Shown here piece by piece: positions 26,984 through 37,131 of a stretch of 64,000 nucleotides of DNA (positions are counted from its first letter, which is position 1; each line of letters opens with the position of its first letter). The stretch covers positions 1-64,000 of IMG/VR virus record IMGVR_UViG_3300033475_000011, one strand, 5' to 3'. The notes beneath the pieces were generated by a model that was not told the origin of the DNA, ran no database searches, and saw only the letters and a list, made by a program, of their open reading frames with translations. The position numbers and the translations under genes were made by a program. The DNA comes from a virus. Taxonomy: Duplodnaviria > Caudoviricetes.

Positions 26984-27526
26984 ATGCGCTACTTCTACGA
27001 TACCGAGTTCCTCGAAGACGGCCGAACCATCGACCTGATCTCCATCGGCATCGTCGCGGAGGATGGACGCGAGTACTACGCCGTGAACCGTGACGCCCCG
27101 TGGAAGCGGATTCGGAAGCACGAGTGGCTGTGCGGAAACGTTGTCCCGACGCTCCCAACTCTGCACGGCGACGCCCGCTTGCACTACGCCAGTCGCGGCC
27201 CGCTCGGCTTGTTGGACTGGCAGCACCCCGCCTTCAAGCGTCCGCAGGCCATCGCGGACCAGGTTCGGGACTTCCTACTGGCTGATGGCGAGTCCGAGCG
27301 GGAGCTGTGGGCCTATTACAGCGCCTATGACCACGTGGCCCTGTGTCAACTGTGGGGCACGATGATGGACCTCCCGGACGGCGTGCCGATGTGGACCCAC
27401 GACCTCATGCAGGCATGGGAGCAGGCTGGGCGGCCGGAGAAGCCCGCTCAGGTCGGCGAGCACAACGCGCTCGAAGATGCACGCTGGAACCAGAAGCTGT
27501 TCAAGGTGTGCGCCGACCATGGATGA
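26984..27526 (+). CDS. DEDD 3'-5' exoribonuclease (Rv2179c/DUF5051-like)
   Basis: YFYDTEFLEDG..IDLISIG, WAYYSAYDHV, HNALEDARW. Confidence 0.88.
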   Translation: MRYFYDTEFLEDGRTIDLISIGIVAEDGREYYAVNRDAPWKRIRKHEWLCGNVVPTLPTLHGDARLHYASRGPLGLLDWQHPAFKRPQAIADQVRDFLLADGESERELWAYYSAYDHVALCQLWGTMMDLPDGVPMWTHDLMQAWEQAGRPEKPAQVGEHNALEDARWNQKLFKVCADHG

Positions 27527-27803
27527 CGAGGACCAGGCCGCTGAACTCGTGATGCCGTTCGTTACGGTCACCAGCCGTGGCGGACCGCACGATGACCAAT
27601 CCTTCACGGCCGGATGGCAGATGGGGTGGCTGTACTGCCACCTTGAGCATGTCGCGCCCATGTTCTACAGCGACACGATTCGCGAGGAATGCCGCGACCA
27701 GGCTGACCTGATCGCCATGAAGTATGGCTACCAGGCGCGGTTCGAGGACGCTGGTGACGAGTGGCTGTTCATGTCCCTGACGCGGGTCGCTGATGGCGAG
27801 TAG
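27519..27803 (+). CDS. hypothetical actinophage protein
   Basis: MPFVTVTSRGGPHDDQSFTAGW. Confidence 0.6.
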   Translation: MDDEDQAAELVMPFVTVTSRGGPHDDQSFTAGWQMGWLYCHLEHVAPMFYSDTIREECRDQADLIAMKYGYQARFEDAGDEWLFMSLTRVADGE

Positions 27804-27901
27804 ATCTGCGCATCACACCCGTCCTGTAGACTGAAGTCAGAACACCGATCACCCCGCAACCCATGTTGGTTGTGGGGTGATCGCATTTCGGGGGTGGCGT
27901 C

Positions 27902-29419
27902 GTGTTCTACCCTCACCCGTTCAACCTGAACACCTACTTGGCCCAGTTCGATCCCCGACTGCTCGCGGATCCTGAAGGCCGGCGCATCTCCACCAGACTC
28001 GACCCAGTCTTGTTCGGGCTGCTCTATGTCCCCCATCACCTTCGAGGCCCAGAGACAGGCGACTCCATCACCTTCTCCGAGTTCCACATCGAACTGGCTG
28101 AGTACGCCCGCGAGCTGGTGAAGCCAATCGGGCGTGTTCCGGCGGAACGGAGAGACGCCTTCATCGCTCCGCGTGGCGTCGGAAAGAGCACGTGGCTGTT
28201 TCTGATCGTGCCGTTGTGGCTCGCCGCGCACGGTCACCGGCAATTCATCGCGGCGTTTGCGAACGCGGCAACGCAGGCGCAAGACCACCTGATGACGTTC
28301 AAGCGCGAGCTGGACAACAACTCGCTGCTGCGCCAGGACTTCCCGGATTTGTGCACGGCCGCTCGACGACCGAAGGGCGCCGCAGTCGCGGACTCCCAAT
28401 CCATGTACGTGTCCGCAAGCAACTTCGTGTTCGCAGCCCGCGGCATCGACTCCGCCAACCTCGGCATGAAGATCGGGGAGCGCAGGCCATCCCACATCAT
28501 CCTCGACGACATCGAAGGCACCGAAGGCAACTACACGCCGACGATGAAGGAACACCGGCTCGCGACGCTGCTGTCCGGCATCCTGCCGTTGAACGTGTTC
28601 GCCTCCGTGACCATGGCCGGCACCGTCGCCATCCCGGGCGCGATCATCGACGACATCGCCGCGAAACAACGCGACGAGGAACACCCAGCTTGGGTGGAGG
28701 ACGAGAACTTCACGCCCCGCTACTACCCGGCGATCGTCACCAACCCGGACGGGACGGAGCGGTCCCTGTGGCCGCAGAAGTGGCCGCTGGAGTGGATGCA
28801 GTCACAGCGCCACTCGCGGCACTTCCAAAGCCAGTACATGAACAACCCGATGGCTGCGGATTCGGCGTTCTGGCGGGGCGAGGACTTCGTCTACCGCGAT
28901 GACATGCCCCTCACTGGCCAGCTGTTGTCGATCGACCCAGCAGTCACATCGAAAGAAAAGTCCGACTACACGGCGCTTGCGGTGATCGGGTTTTCCCGTC
29001 CCGCGATGGCGTGTGTAGTTCGGGACGCTTGGCAAGTTCGGCTTCCACCGGGTGAACCGTTGCGGCGCCGGGTGTTGGAGATCCTGGACGAGTACCCCGA
29101 GATTTTGGGGATCGTGGTCGAGGTCAACCAGGGCGGCGATCTGTGGAAGAACACGGTGTTGCATGACATGCCGTGCCCAGTGCAGACAGTGACCCAGTCT
29201 AGGCCGAAAGAAGAACGTGCCGGCTCGCTGTTGGCGAAGTACCAGCGCGGCCGGGTGTTCCACGCGAAGCGGATCCCCGCCCTTGAGGGTCAGATGATCC
29301 GGTTCCCGCTGGGCACCAACGATGACCTGATCGACGCCGTGGGAACTGGTGTCGACGTGTACTTGAAGACCGACAAGAAGCCTCGCCAGATTCGGCCTCA
29401 GACGGCCAGCTACATCTAG
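27902..29419 (+). CDS. terL: terminase large subunit
   Basis: Walker A APRGVGKST, Walker B IILDDIE, nuclease SIDPA...DYTA...DDLIDA. Confidence 0.93.
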   Translation: MFYPHPFNLNTYLAQFDPRLLADPEGRRISTRLDPVLFGLLYVPHHLRGPETGDSITFSEFHIELAEYARELVKPIGRVPAERRDAFIAPRGVGKSTWLFLIVPLWLAAHGHRQFIAAFANAATQAQDHLMTFKRELDNNSLLRQDFPDLCTAARRPKGAAVADSQSMYVSASNFVFAARGIDSANLGMKIGERRPSHIILDDIEGTEGNYTPTMKEHRLATLLSGILPLNVFASVTMAGTVAIPGAIIDDIAAKQRDEEHPAWVEDENFTPRYYPAIVTNPDGTERSLWPQKWPLEWMQSQRHSRHFQSQYMNNPMAADSAFWRGEDFVYRDDMPLTGQLLSIDPAVTSKEKSDYTALAVIGFSRPAMACVVRDAWQVRLPPGEPLRRRVLEILDEYPEILGIVVEVNQGGDLWKNTVLHDMPCPVQTVTQSRPKEERAGSLLAKYQRGRVFHAKRIPALEGQMIRFPLGTNDDLIDAVGTGVDVYLKTDKKPRQIRPQTASYI

Positions 29420-29435
29420 ACCCAGGGGGTGACCG

Positions 29436-31070
29436 GTGGCTGTCCTGATGGAGCCCGAACCCCAACAGACCGCGGACGAAGACCTTGCCACGGCGTTGAA
29501 GGAGATGCGGCAGTGCCGCCATGGCTATGACAAGGCGGAGGACTACTACTGCGCTGATGTGCCGGAGATTTTCGCGTCCGCTCGCATGCGGCGGGCGATG
29601 CGTCGGAGTGGGATCAACTACCAGTTGAACCTCGCCCGGATTGTGGTCGAGTCGGTGGTTGACCGCCTCGAGGTATCCGCCATCACCTCCGACGACGAGT
29701 CCGGCCCGAATGACCTGATCCAGCAGGTGATGGAGGCCAACAAGTTCAAGTTGCAGGGCACGAACACGTTGCGGAAGGCATGTGAGTTCGGGGACGCCTA
29801 TGTGATCGTGTGGCCGAAGGAGAACGCGACCGCGCCGTACCGGCCTGAGGACATCGCGATCTGGTACCAGGACCCCCGCACCGTCAGGGTGTTCTACTCC
29901 GACGACAATCCGCTTGAGGTGGAGTTCGCGGCGAAGAAGTGGGAAGAGAACAGCCGCACCCGCATCGACCTGTACTACGCGGACCGCATCGAGTCTTACG
30001 TCAGCAAGAAGAACACGAAGGGCAAGCAGGCCGCCGACTTCGAACCCACCACCGGCACCAACCGGGACGACTCGGATGCGGACGAGGACGACGACAACCC
30101 CGCCCACATCACCAAGCACGACTTCGGCCAGGTCCCCGTCTTCCACTTCAAGACCACCGCGGACCAGTACGGGACACCGGAACACAAGGACTTCTTCCCT
30201 GTGACGGACATCATCCACAAGCTCGCAATCTCCCACATGGCGGGTGTGGACTACCAGTCGTTCCCGCAACGCTACGCCCTGATGGACGCCGACAGCGACA
30301 CGTCCGAAGCGGCACGGCTCGACGAGGGCCTGTACTCGTTTGAGATGCAGCAGGGCGGCACCACCGAGGACTACGGCACTGAAGGACGGTCCCAGTTCAA
30401 AGCAGACCCCGGCAGTGTGTGGATGGCGCCCGGCATCAAGGGATTCGGCCAGTTCGATGCAGCGGACCCTGCGAACTTCACGGATCCGATGGAGTTCTAC
30501 GTCCGCATGGGCGCCACCATCACCAACACGCCCTTGCACTACTTCGACCCCACCGGCGATGCCCCTTCTGGGGAGTCGTTGCGGACGGCGGAGGCGCCGT
30601 TCATCAAGAAGGTCGAGAACCGCAAGTTGTCGTTCGGGGACACGTGGCGTGAGGTGTTCCAATTCGTGCTCCAACTCCTGGGCAACGACAAGGCCAAAGT
30701 TGTTGTGCACTGGAAGCCGTCGTCGTCGAGCGATGACGAGTACTCGTGGCAGGTCGCACAGTTGCAGCAAGCCTCCGGCGTGCCGGTGGAACAGACGCTG
30801 TTGGAGCGTGGATACACCGCGGTCCAGGTCGCGGAATGGGAGGAGAACGGCCAGCAGGGGCTACCGCAGCGGGTTTCGTTGCTGTTGCAGGTGTCCCAGG
30901 CCATGGCCAACTTCACCACCGCCACCGCTGGCGGGTTGATCGGCGCCGACCAGGTCAACGGACTTGTGTTGAAACTGCTGGGACAGGCGGTGGACGATGA
31001 CAGCACCAACCCAGACACAGGTGCCGGCGAGCCCACCGACAAGCCTCTCGCCACAGATCGAGCGGCATGA
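29436..31070 (+). CDS. portal protein (SPP1 gp6-like)
   Basis: Follows terL; NLARIVVESVVDRL, G..YG.PE, PSGESLR. Confidence 0.9.
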   Translation: MAVLMEPEPQQTADEDLATALKEMRQCRHGYDKAEDYYCADVPEIFASARMRRAMRRSGINYQLNLARIVVESVVDRLEVSAITSDDESGPNDLIQQVMEANKFKLQGTNTLRKACEFGDAYVIVWPKENATAPYRPEDIAIWYQDPRTVRVFYSDDNPLEVEFAAKKWEENSRTRIDLYYADRIESYVSKKNTKGKQAADFEPTTGTNRDDSDADEDDDNPAHITKHDFGQVPVFHFKTTADQYGTPEHKDFFPVTDIIHKLAISHMAGVDYQSFPQRYALMDADSDTSEAARLDEGLYSFEMQQGGTTEDYGTEGRSQFKADPGSVWMAPGIKGFGQFDAADPANFTDPMEFYVRMGATITNTPLHYFDPTGDAPSGESLRTAEAPFIKKVENRKLSFGDTWREVFQFVLQLLGNDKAKVVVHWKPSSSSDDEYSWQVAQLQQASGVPVEQTLLERGYTAVQVAEWEENGQQGLPQRVSLLLQVSQAMANFTTATAGGLIGADQVNGLVLKLLGQAVDDDSTNPDTGAGEPTDKPLATDRAA

Positions 31071-32064
31071 CCTAGAAGCACTCGCTATGGAGACCGCCGC
31101 TGTTGTGGCGGCCACGGCGGTGCTTCGGGACCAACTGCAAGCCCTGACGCGCGGCTGGCTGTTGGCGTGGCAGAAGACGTTCGGCGATCTCCACGCCAAG
31201 CAGTCTGGTACCCGGCTCGCCGGGTTCATGCAGCGTGTCCAGCGCGACCTCGCTGCGATCCGCTACGACCCGACACCCGCGCTGCTGACCTACATCGATC
31301 GGGCGCAGCGGCTCGGCGTTCGGCAGGGGTTCGCTGAAGCCAATACGAAGCCGATGAAGATGCCGGAGCGTCGTCTTCCACAGCTGTCGCTGGATGCAAC
31401 GCAGGCAGTAGCCAGGGCGCAGGATCGCATCACCACGGCGGCCACTCTCGCGGGCACGGTTCGAGAAGGCTCGTTCACCGCAGTCACTCAGTCCGCGGCG
31501 CCAGCGCAGCAGGCTGCGAACGAGGTCGAACGCACCGCCCGCACGGTCACGAACCAGGCATTGAACGACGGGATTATCCAGGTCGCCGATCACCTTGACA
31601 TGCGGCGGGTTTGGTTGGCCGAGCGGGATGCGTGCCGAACATGTTTGGCCTTGTCTGGCCGCGTGGCTGCTGTCGGCCACGAGTTCCCTAAGGACGCTAC
31701 CTTCGGCGAGAAGCCGCTGGAGTGGGTCCCGATCGGAACTGGCCTGGTCGGTCCTCCCCGACATCCGAACTGCCGCTGTAGATGCTCGCCGTGGAGTGGC
31801 GACGAGCACGACCCGCTCAGCCTTCCCGTCGCGCTGCGGCGCGAGGCTGAGCGTTCGATCCTCAACGGGTACGCGTTGCCGAGTGAGTCGGAGCGTGTCC
31901 GTGCACAGGCCGCTGACCGTTTATTGGCGCGGATCGGCATGGCCAAGGGTTCTCGTTCCCCGTCTGGGTGGCAGGTCCCCCAGTCGGTGAAGGAACGAGC
32001 GGACCGAGCCCTGTCGAGGGGCAGGTTCACCACTGGTCCGGTACCGACGCCGGGCAACAAGTAG
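30997..32064 (+). CDS. head morphogenesis / minor capsid protein (Mu gpF-like)
   Basis: W.AERDACRTC...PPRHPNCRC. Confidence 0.8.
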   Translation: MTAPTQTQVPASPPTSLSPQIERHDLEALAMETAAVVAATAVLRDQLQALTRGWLLAWQKTFGDLHAKQSGTRLAGFMQRVQRDLAAIRYDPTPALLTYIDRAQRLGVRQGFAEANTKPMKMPERRLPQLSLDATQAVARAQDRITTAATLAGTVREGSFTAVTQSAAPAQQAANEVERTARTVTNQALNDGIIQVADHLDMRRVWLAERDACRTCLALSGRVAAVGHEFPKDATFGEKPLEWVPIGTGLVGPPRHPNCRCRCSPWSGDEHDPLSLPVALRREAERSILNGYALPSESERVRAQAADRLLARIGMAKGSRSPSGWQVPQSVKERADRALSRGRFTTGPVPTPGNK

Positions 32065-32143
32065 CACCACCACACCAAAGGGTCGACCGTGACGGTTGGC
32101 CCTTTCCTTATGCGCCCGTGACGGGCAAAGGAGACATGCCGCG

Positions 32144-32764
32144 ATGGCTGACGAGCAGGAAACCCCCACCGAAGAGGACGTGGACATCACCGTCGATGAC
32201 GTGGAAGACGACGCTGCCGAGTCCGAGACGGACACGTCGGCTGAGGACACCCCCGCAGACGAGTGGAAGCCCCCGACCAAGGACGAGTGGGAGAAGCTCC
32301 AGAAGGCGCAGAAGGCCGCGGACGCCAAGGTTAAGCAGTTGAACCAGGAGTCAACGAAGCGGCGGCTGCGCATCAAGGAACTGGAAACCCAGAACGAGGA
32401 CGACGCGGCGAAGGCCCAGCGCGAGGCGTTGGAGGCTGCGCAGGCGCGGTACAAGCCTGTGGTGGCGAAGTCCGCGTTGCTTGAGGCACAGGCCCGCACC
32501 GATCGGGTGGGCGCTTTGATCAAGCTCCTCAACATGGACGCCTTGGAGTTCGACGGCAACGACGAGGTTGTTGGCCTCGACGTTGAGATCGACCGCGTGA
32601 AGTCCGAGTATCCGGAGTTCTTCACCCAGCCCGAGCCTGAGAAGCCGGAACCGGCTCCTGCTCCGAAGCCCGCGCCGAAAGCGGCCGCGGCACCGAAGAA
32701 GCCCGCAAGGGAAGAACCGAAGAGCGCCGGCGCCCTGATTGCCGAGCAGTTGCTCGGAAAGTAA
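32144..32764 (+). CDS. capsid scaffolding protein
   Basis: Acidic N-terminus, coiled coil, P/A/K-rich tail. Confidence 0.85.
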   Translation: MADEQETPTEEDVDITVDDVEDDAAESETDTSAEDTPADEWKPPTKDEWEKLQKAQKAADAKVKQLNQESTKRRLRIKELETQNEDDAAKAQREALEAAQARYKPVVAKSALLEAQARTDRVGALIKLLNMDALEFDGNDEVVGLDVEIDRVKSEYPEFFTQPEPEKPEPAPAPKPAPKAAAAPKKPAREEPKSAGALIAEQLLGK

Positions 32765-32846
32765 TCCACAACTCCGCGAGGAGTTTCTAGCCGCTGCCCG
32801 GGAGGGCGAGCGCTGGACAAACCCATATCTGGGAAAGGAAAACAGG

Positions 32847-33050
32847 TTGTCCGCGACGCCTGACCAATACAAGGCAGTGGCGAAGCAACTCGTTGCGAGT
32901 GCAGCGGATTCGCTAGCTGCTGATCGGTACAGCCGTATGCAGTCACTGCTTCTCTACTACGGGAGCAATTACTCGACATACGACGAGTACCTCGAATTGT
33001 CCGCAGAATACACCGCACTTCAAGCGGTTGCTTCCGATCTTAGGAGCTAG
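32847..33050 (+). CDS. 67-aa helical ORF between scaffold and capsid
   Basis: GGAAAGGA RBS and TTG start; visibly more A/T-rich than flanks. Confidence 0.45.
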   Translation: MSATPDQYKAVAKQLVASAADSLAADRYSRMQSLLLYYGSNYSTYDEYLELSAEYTALQAVASDLRS

Positions 33051-33052
33051 CA

Positions 33053-34003
33053 ATGCCTGTCACTCAGAACAACTACAACCAGTGGATCCCGGTCGAATAC
33101 TCGCCGGATGTCATCCAGCGTGTCAAGCAGATGTCCGCGGTCATCGCGTATGGACAGAACGTGCCGATGTCCACTGAGTCGCGCTCCACCCCGCGGTCTG
33201 GTGGCGTCACCATGGGCGGTATCGCCAAGGGTGGCGACTACGGCCAGGACACCACCACGGCGAATGATGCGGTGTGGCTGTATGCGCAGAAGTACGGTGG
33301 CGCTGTGCCGATCGCCGAGGAAGACTTGAACGACAGCCTCGCTGACATCGTGAACGCGAAGACCAACGACGCGGCCACCTCGTTCGCGAAGCTGTTCGAC
33401 AACTCGTGCCTCGGGGTCACTGCGGCGAAGGCGGCCACGGGGTGGGCGTTCGACTCGCTGTACTACATCCTTTCGCAGTCTGACGCGTCCACCGGGTACA
33501 CCGCGAACGCGAACATCACCCAGACCGCCACGGGCGGCCCGACCCTCACCTACGCCAATACCCGCGCGCCTCTCGCGAAACTGGAGCAGGGCGACTACTT
33601 CGATCCGGGCGGCACCGTGGTGATCGCGCACCCCGCTTTCGCTGACGGTCTCCGTGGTGTGGTGGACAACCAGGGCCGGCCGATCTTCAACGAATCGACC
33701 AACGGTGTTGCTGGCGGTGGCCAGGGCACGACCCCGACCCTGTTCGGTCATCCGCTGCACTTCAGTCTGGGCGCGAAGACCGCCGCGACCCCGACGCCGA
33801 CCCCGACCGGTAACCCGCTCATGATCGTGTGCTCGGCGTCGTACCTGTACGTCGGGAACCGTGAGCCGCTGTCGGTGCAGGCCATCGATGGCAACACCGG
33901 CCTGGGCGCCTTGACAGACACAAGCTACCTCAAGTTCCGTGCCCGTAAGGCTTTCGCGCCTGGTCACGAGAACGCGTTTGCGATCCTGGAGTGGCGTCAG
34001 TAG
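33053..34003 (+). CDS. major capsid protein (HK97-fold)
   Basis: IPVEYS..VIQ, AQKYGG.VPI.EE.L.DS, FRARKAF. Confidence 0.9.
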   Translation: MPVTQNNYNQWIPVEYSPDVIQRVKQMSAVIAYGQNVPMSTESRSTPRSGGVTMGGIAKGGDYGQDTTTANDAVWLYAQKYGGAVPIAEEDLNDSLADIVNAKTNDAATSFAKLFDNSCLGVTAAKAATGWAFDSLYYILSQSDASTGYTANANITQTATGGPTLTYANTRAPLAKLEQGDYFDPGGTVVIAHPAFADGLRGVVDNQGRPIFNESTNGVAGGGQGTTPTLFGHPLHFSLGAKTAATPTPTPTGNPLMIVCSASYLYVGNREPLSVQAIDGNTGLGALTDTSYLKFRARKAFAPGHENAFAILEWRQ

Positions 34004-34066
34004 TCATCGGACGACCGGAGAGCCCTGCAACGAGAGGTTCTCCGGTCCCCGCGAGGGGAGCAACTG

Positions 34067-34519
34067 ATGACTGAATCCAACCAAGCGACGTGGGCCACCA
34101 CTGCGGATGTGCTGACCTTCACCGGGGTGACCGTGACGGACGCCCAGTTGATGGTGGCGGCCGGCACGGTCGATGTGCACGCTAAGCGCACCTACGACGA
34201 CGAGATCCGCGTGGGCAGCCGAGACAAGTACTGGTTGAAGCTCGCAGTGTGCTATCAGGCGGCGTGGCTGTCGATGCAGCCGGACGCGTTCCTGCGGCTC
34301 GATATCACCTCGATGGGCTCGACTCGGTCCGCGACCCAGTTGGGTCCGAATGCGATGACTTTGGGGCCTTTCGCGAAGAAGGCCCTGAAGAACGTCAGCT
34401 GGCTGAAGGGTCGAAGTCTGCATGTGCAGTCCGCGTTCACTGATGGCGTGGGTGTGCTCGGGACGGATCCGCTCTCGTCGGGCTCTGATGACCTGTACCC
34501 GTGGTCTCCCATCGAATAG
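34067..34519 (+). CDS. head-tail adaptor
   Basis: Position and size after MCP. Confidence 0.7.
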   Translation: MTESNQATWATTADVLTFTGVTVTDAQLMVAAGTVDVHAKRTYDDEIRVGSRDKYWLKLAVCYQAAWLSMQPDAFLRLDITSMGSTRSATQLGPNAMTLGPFAKKALKNVSWLKGRSLHVQSAFTDGVGVLGTDPLSSGSDDLYPWSPIE

Positions 34520-34532
34520 GTGGTGATCGCCG

Positions 34533-34868
34533 ATGTACGCCATGGCCACCTGCCTCGCGTCGATCCTGCGCCGCCAGGACAGCGTCGACGAGTACGGGGA
34601 TCCCGCCGGCCAGTATGTGCCGGTCGTGTCAGGGGTGATTGCGTCGATCATCGAGGCCGGGAACACGGTGTTCGATCGGGCGACGCAAACCCCGCGCGCG
34701 GTCCGGTCCATCAACGGCACGTTCCCCTATGGCACTGATGTGCAGGTTGGGGACCGGGTTCGGGACGACACCCACAGCGTCACCTACGTCGTCATGTCCA
34801 CGACGGTGCCACGCACACCGGGATATCAGCCGGATCTGGTGGCGGACCTGAAGAAGGTGACCGACTGA
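34533..34868 (+). CDS. head closure/stopper protein
   Basis: Beta-rich; DEYGD, GDRVRD. Confidence 0.7.
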   Translation: MYAMATCLASILRRQDSVDEYGDPAGQYVPVVSGVIASIIEAGNTVFDRATQTPRAVRSINGTFPYGTDVQVGDRVRDDTHSVTYVVMSTTVPRTPGYQPDLVADLKKVTD

Positions 34869-35203
34869 TGGCCCGCTTCGAAGAAGCCCCCGACTGGCAC
34901 GAGAAGGTCCACGGCTTCAGCCGGGAAACCCTCTCCAACGTCGTCCAGCAGGTGCATGAGATGGCGGACCGGATCGTGCCGGTCGACACAGGGCTGCTCA
35001 AGTCCCGCCTGTATTCACAGGTGGATGTGGACGGGATGTCCGGTGTGGTTGGTGACGACGCCGACTACGCACGTTGGGTCGAAGAGGGTCACCGGGTCGC
35101 CTACAGGGGCGCGGACGGCACGATCCACTACACCGGGACTGTGGTGCCGCCCCAACCGTATCTACGGACCTCGTTGAACTCGGCACGGGTCGAGGGCACA
35201 TGA
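34868..35203 (+). CDS. HK97 gp10-like neck protein
   Basis: PVDTGLLK, YARWVEEG, PQPYLR. Confidence 0.85.
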   Translation: MARFEEAPDWHEKVHGFSRETLSNVVQQVHEMADRIVPVDTGLLKSRLYSQVDVDGMSGVVGDDADYARWVEEGHRVAYRGADGTIHYTGTVVPPQPYLRTSLNSARVEGT

Positions 35204-35652
35204 CCAGGTATGTGACGACCGAGAAGGTCGTTGTCGCCTGGCTCGCCTCTCTGCCGGGGATCACTGCCGCGATGGTGGATCCCCAACTCCCACCGCCCGA
35301 CAGCAACGGGAACCTGTCGTGGGCCGCGTCCGGGTTCATCACCCCATACGGCCTGGGTGGCGCGCCGAACATCTACGTGCCGGTGGCGAAACCCGTGGTC
35401 GGGTTGAAGTGCTGGACCGTGGACCCGACTACCGGTGTGCCGCCGTGGAACAAGGCCGCGAACCTTGCCGAGACGATCCGGGCCGGGTGTTTCACCAACA
35501 GTGACTCCCAGTTCCTGACGATCCCGTACGCCGATTGGGATGCGCGCCTTATCTCCGCATACATGCTGACCGAGCCACGGCGTGCGTTCGGCGACCTCGG
35601 GGACTACGCGTGCTTCGACTGCGAAGTCCAGTTGCACTGGCACGCCCACTAA
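35200..35652 (+). CDS. tail terminator
   Basis: Position before the major tail protein. Confidence 0.7.
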   Translation: MTRYVTTEKVVVAWLASLPGITAAMVDPQLPPPDSNGNLSWAASGFITPYGLGGAPNIYVPVAKPVVGLKCWTVDPTTGVPPWNKAANLAETIRAGCFTNSDSQFLTIPYADWDARLISAYMLTEPRRAFGDLGDYACFDCEVQLHWHAH

Positions 35653-35739
35653 TACCCCGCTGATCGGGGTTTCTTCTCTCTTCACCTCGTTTGGGATCGG
35701 TGCTGCCGATTTCCCATGCCCTCCTGAAAGGAAAGACCG

Positions 35740-36318
35740 TTGGCCGTAAACAATGTGGCGAACGTGCTCATGGGGCCGGCGACCATCTATGTGGGCGCGT
35801 CCGGTGTCATCACCGCGCCCCCCGCCGACTCCGCTGTCAACTCCACCCCGGCTGGATCGGCGTGGACGGACGTGGGCGGCACCGATGGTGGTCTCACCCT
35901 CGAGATCACCCCGAAATTCACCGATTTCTCGCTCGACCAGATCGTGGATACGCCGGGGTCGCGGCTCACGTCGCGCACCATCATGGCGACCGTGACCCTT
36001 GCGGAGGCGACCTTGGCCAACTTGGCCACCGCGCTGAACACCACGATCGGGGCGACCGGCTCTGGGTACGGCACTGTCGAGCCGAACTACGGGCAGTTCG
36101 CCACCCAGGTGCCGTACATCTCGGTGCTGATCGACGGGTGGGCCCCCGCCGGGTCGGTGGCGAACGCCCGCCGCCGCATCTACTTCCCGCGCGCGCTCAG
36201 CACCGGGAAGTTCAGCATCGTGTACGCAAAGGACAAGCAGGTCGGCTACGACGTGCAGTTCCAGGCCTATTACGCCTCTGCCTCGACCGCACCCTTCCAC
36301 ATCGTTGATCAGCAGTAA
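35740..36318 (+). CDS. major tail protein
   Basis: VLMGPATIY, WTDVGGTDGG, VTLAEATLANL. Confidence 0.88.
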   Translation: MAVNNVANVLMGPATIYVGASGVITAPPADSAVNSTPAGSAWTDVGGTDGGLTLEITPKFTDFSLDQIVDTPGSRLTSRTIMATVTLAEATLANLATALNTTIGATGSGYGTVEPNYGQFATQVPYISVLIDGWAPAGSVANARRRIYFPRALSTGKFSIVYAKDKQVGYDVQFQAYYASASTAPFHIVDQQ

Positions 36319-36416
36319 CTCACTGTTCCCCAATCCTCGTGGAGGGGTGGTGTTGTGCCCTCGCAGGCGACATCACCCCTCCACGGGCCCAACCACACTG
36401 CGAGGAGACACAACCG

Positions 36417-36797
36417 ATGCCCGCTGCACGCAAACCCCGAGTCGTCCCCAAGGTCGACGCTGAAGACACGTTCGACCTGGTTGACCTGGACGCACAGAGC
36501 GATGAAGAGCGAAGCGAGTTTGAGCACACGGCACCGCTGTTCACCATCAACGGTGTCACCTACGAAGCGCGCACCACGTTCAGTGCCGGCGAGGCGATGA
36601 CCTACGCCAAAACCGCGCGGGAACGCGGCCTCGACGACGCTGTGTCGTATGCGATGGTCCTCGCGGTCGGGGAGGACGGCTGGCGTGCACTCGTCACCCA
36701 CCCCACCCTCAGCAACGACACGATGTCGATGCTCATCGACCAGGTGGTGATGCGGGTGAACCCGCCGGTGGACACCCCAAAATCCTCGATGCAGTAG
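36417..36797 (+). CDS. tail assembly chaperone (gpG)
   Basis: Between MTP and TMP; ends at a slippery site. Confidence 0.8.
   Translation: MPAARKPRVVPKVDAEDTFDLVDLDAQSDEERSEFEHTAPLFTINGVTYEARTTFSAGEAMTYAKTARERGLDDAVSYAMVLAVGEDGWRALVTHPTLSNDTMSMLIDQVVMRVNPPVDTPKSSMQ
36776..36782 (+). promoter_or_regulatory. -1 programmed frameshift site C CCA AAA
   Basis: The -1 frame reads PKILDAVAGNLWVLDHLDD into ORF ending at 37114. Confidence 0.8.
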
Positions 36798-37114
36798 CCG
36801 GCAACCTGTGGGTGCTGGATCACCTCGATGACGTGCGTTCGGACTTCTCGGTGTTCCATCGGGTCGACGTGATCGAGGAGCTACCGGCACGCCGGTTCTT
36901 CACGTTGGCTCGCCGTCTCGCCCACTATCAGGGTGCGATGCGGAACATCGCCATCGTCGCGGTGCAGTCCACTGATCCGGAAGCCCCACCGCCGGCGCCT
37001 GTTTCGTCGCGTGAACCCGCCAACGATGACGCCATCGCCGCCAGTGTCGACCTGATGGCCATCCACCCCGTGTGGGGCTCGGTCGGCGCCTACGCCAAAG
37101 CACCCGCGGAATAG
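36776..37114 (+). CDS. frameshifted tail chaperone extension (gpGT)
   Basis: RSDFSVFHRV...LAHYQGAM. Confidence 0.75.
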   Translation, partial: PKILDAVAGNLWVLDHLDDVRSDFSVFHRVDVIEELPARRFFTLARRLAHYQGAMRNIAIVAVQSTDPEAPPPAPVSSREPANDDAIAASVDLMAIHPVWGSVGAYAKAPAE

Positions 37115-37131
37115 CCCTTTGGGAGGTCGTC

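Noticed and set aside
29199-30770. 523-aa minus-strand ORF
   Set aside because: Antisense shadow of the portal gene.
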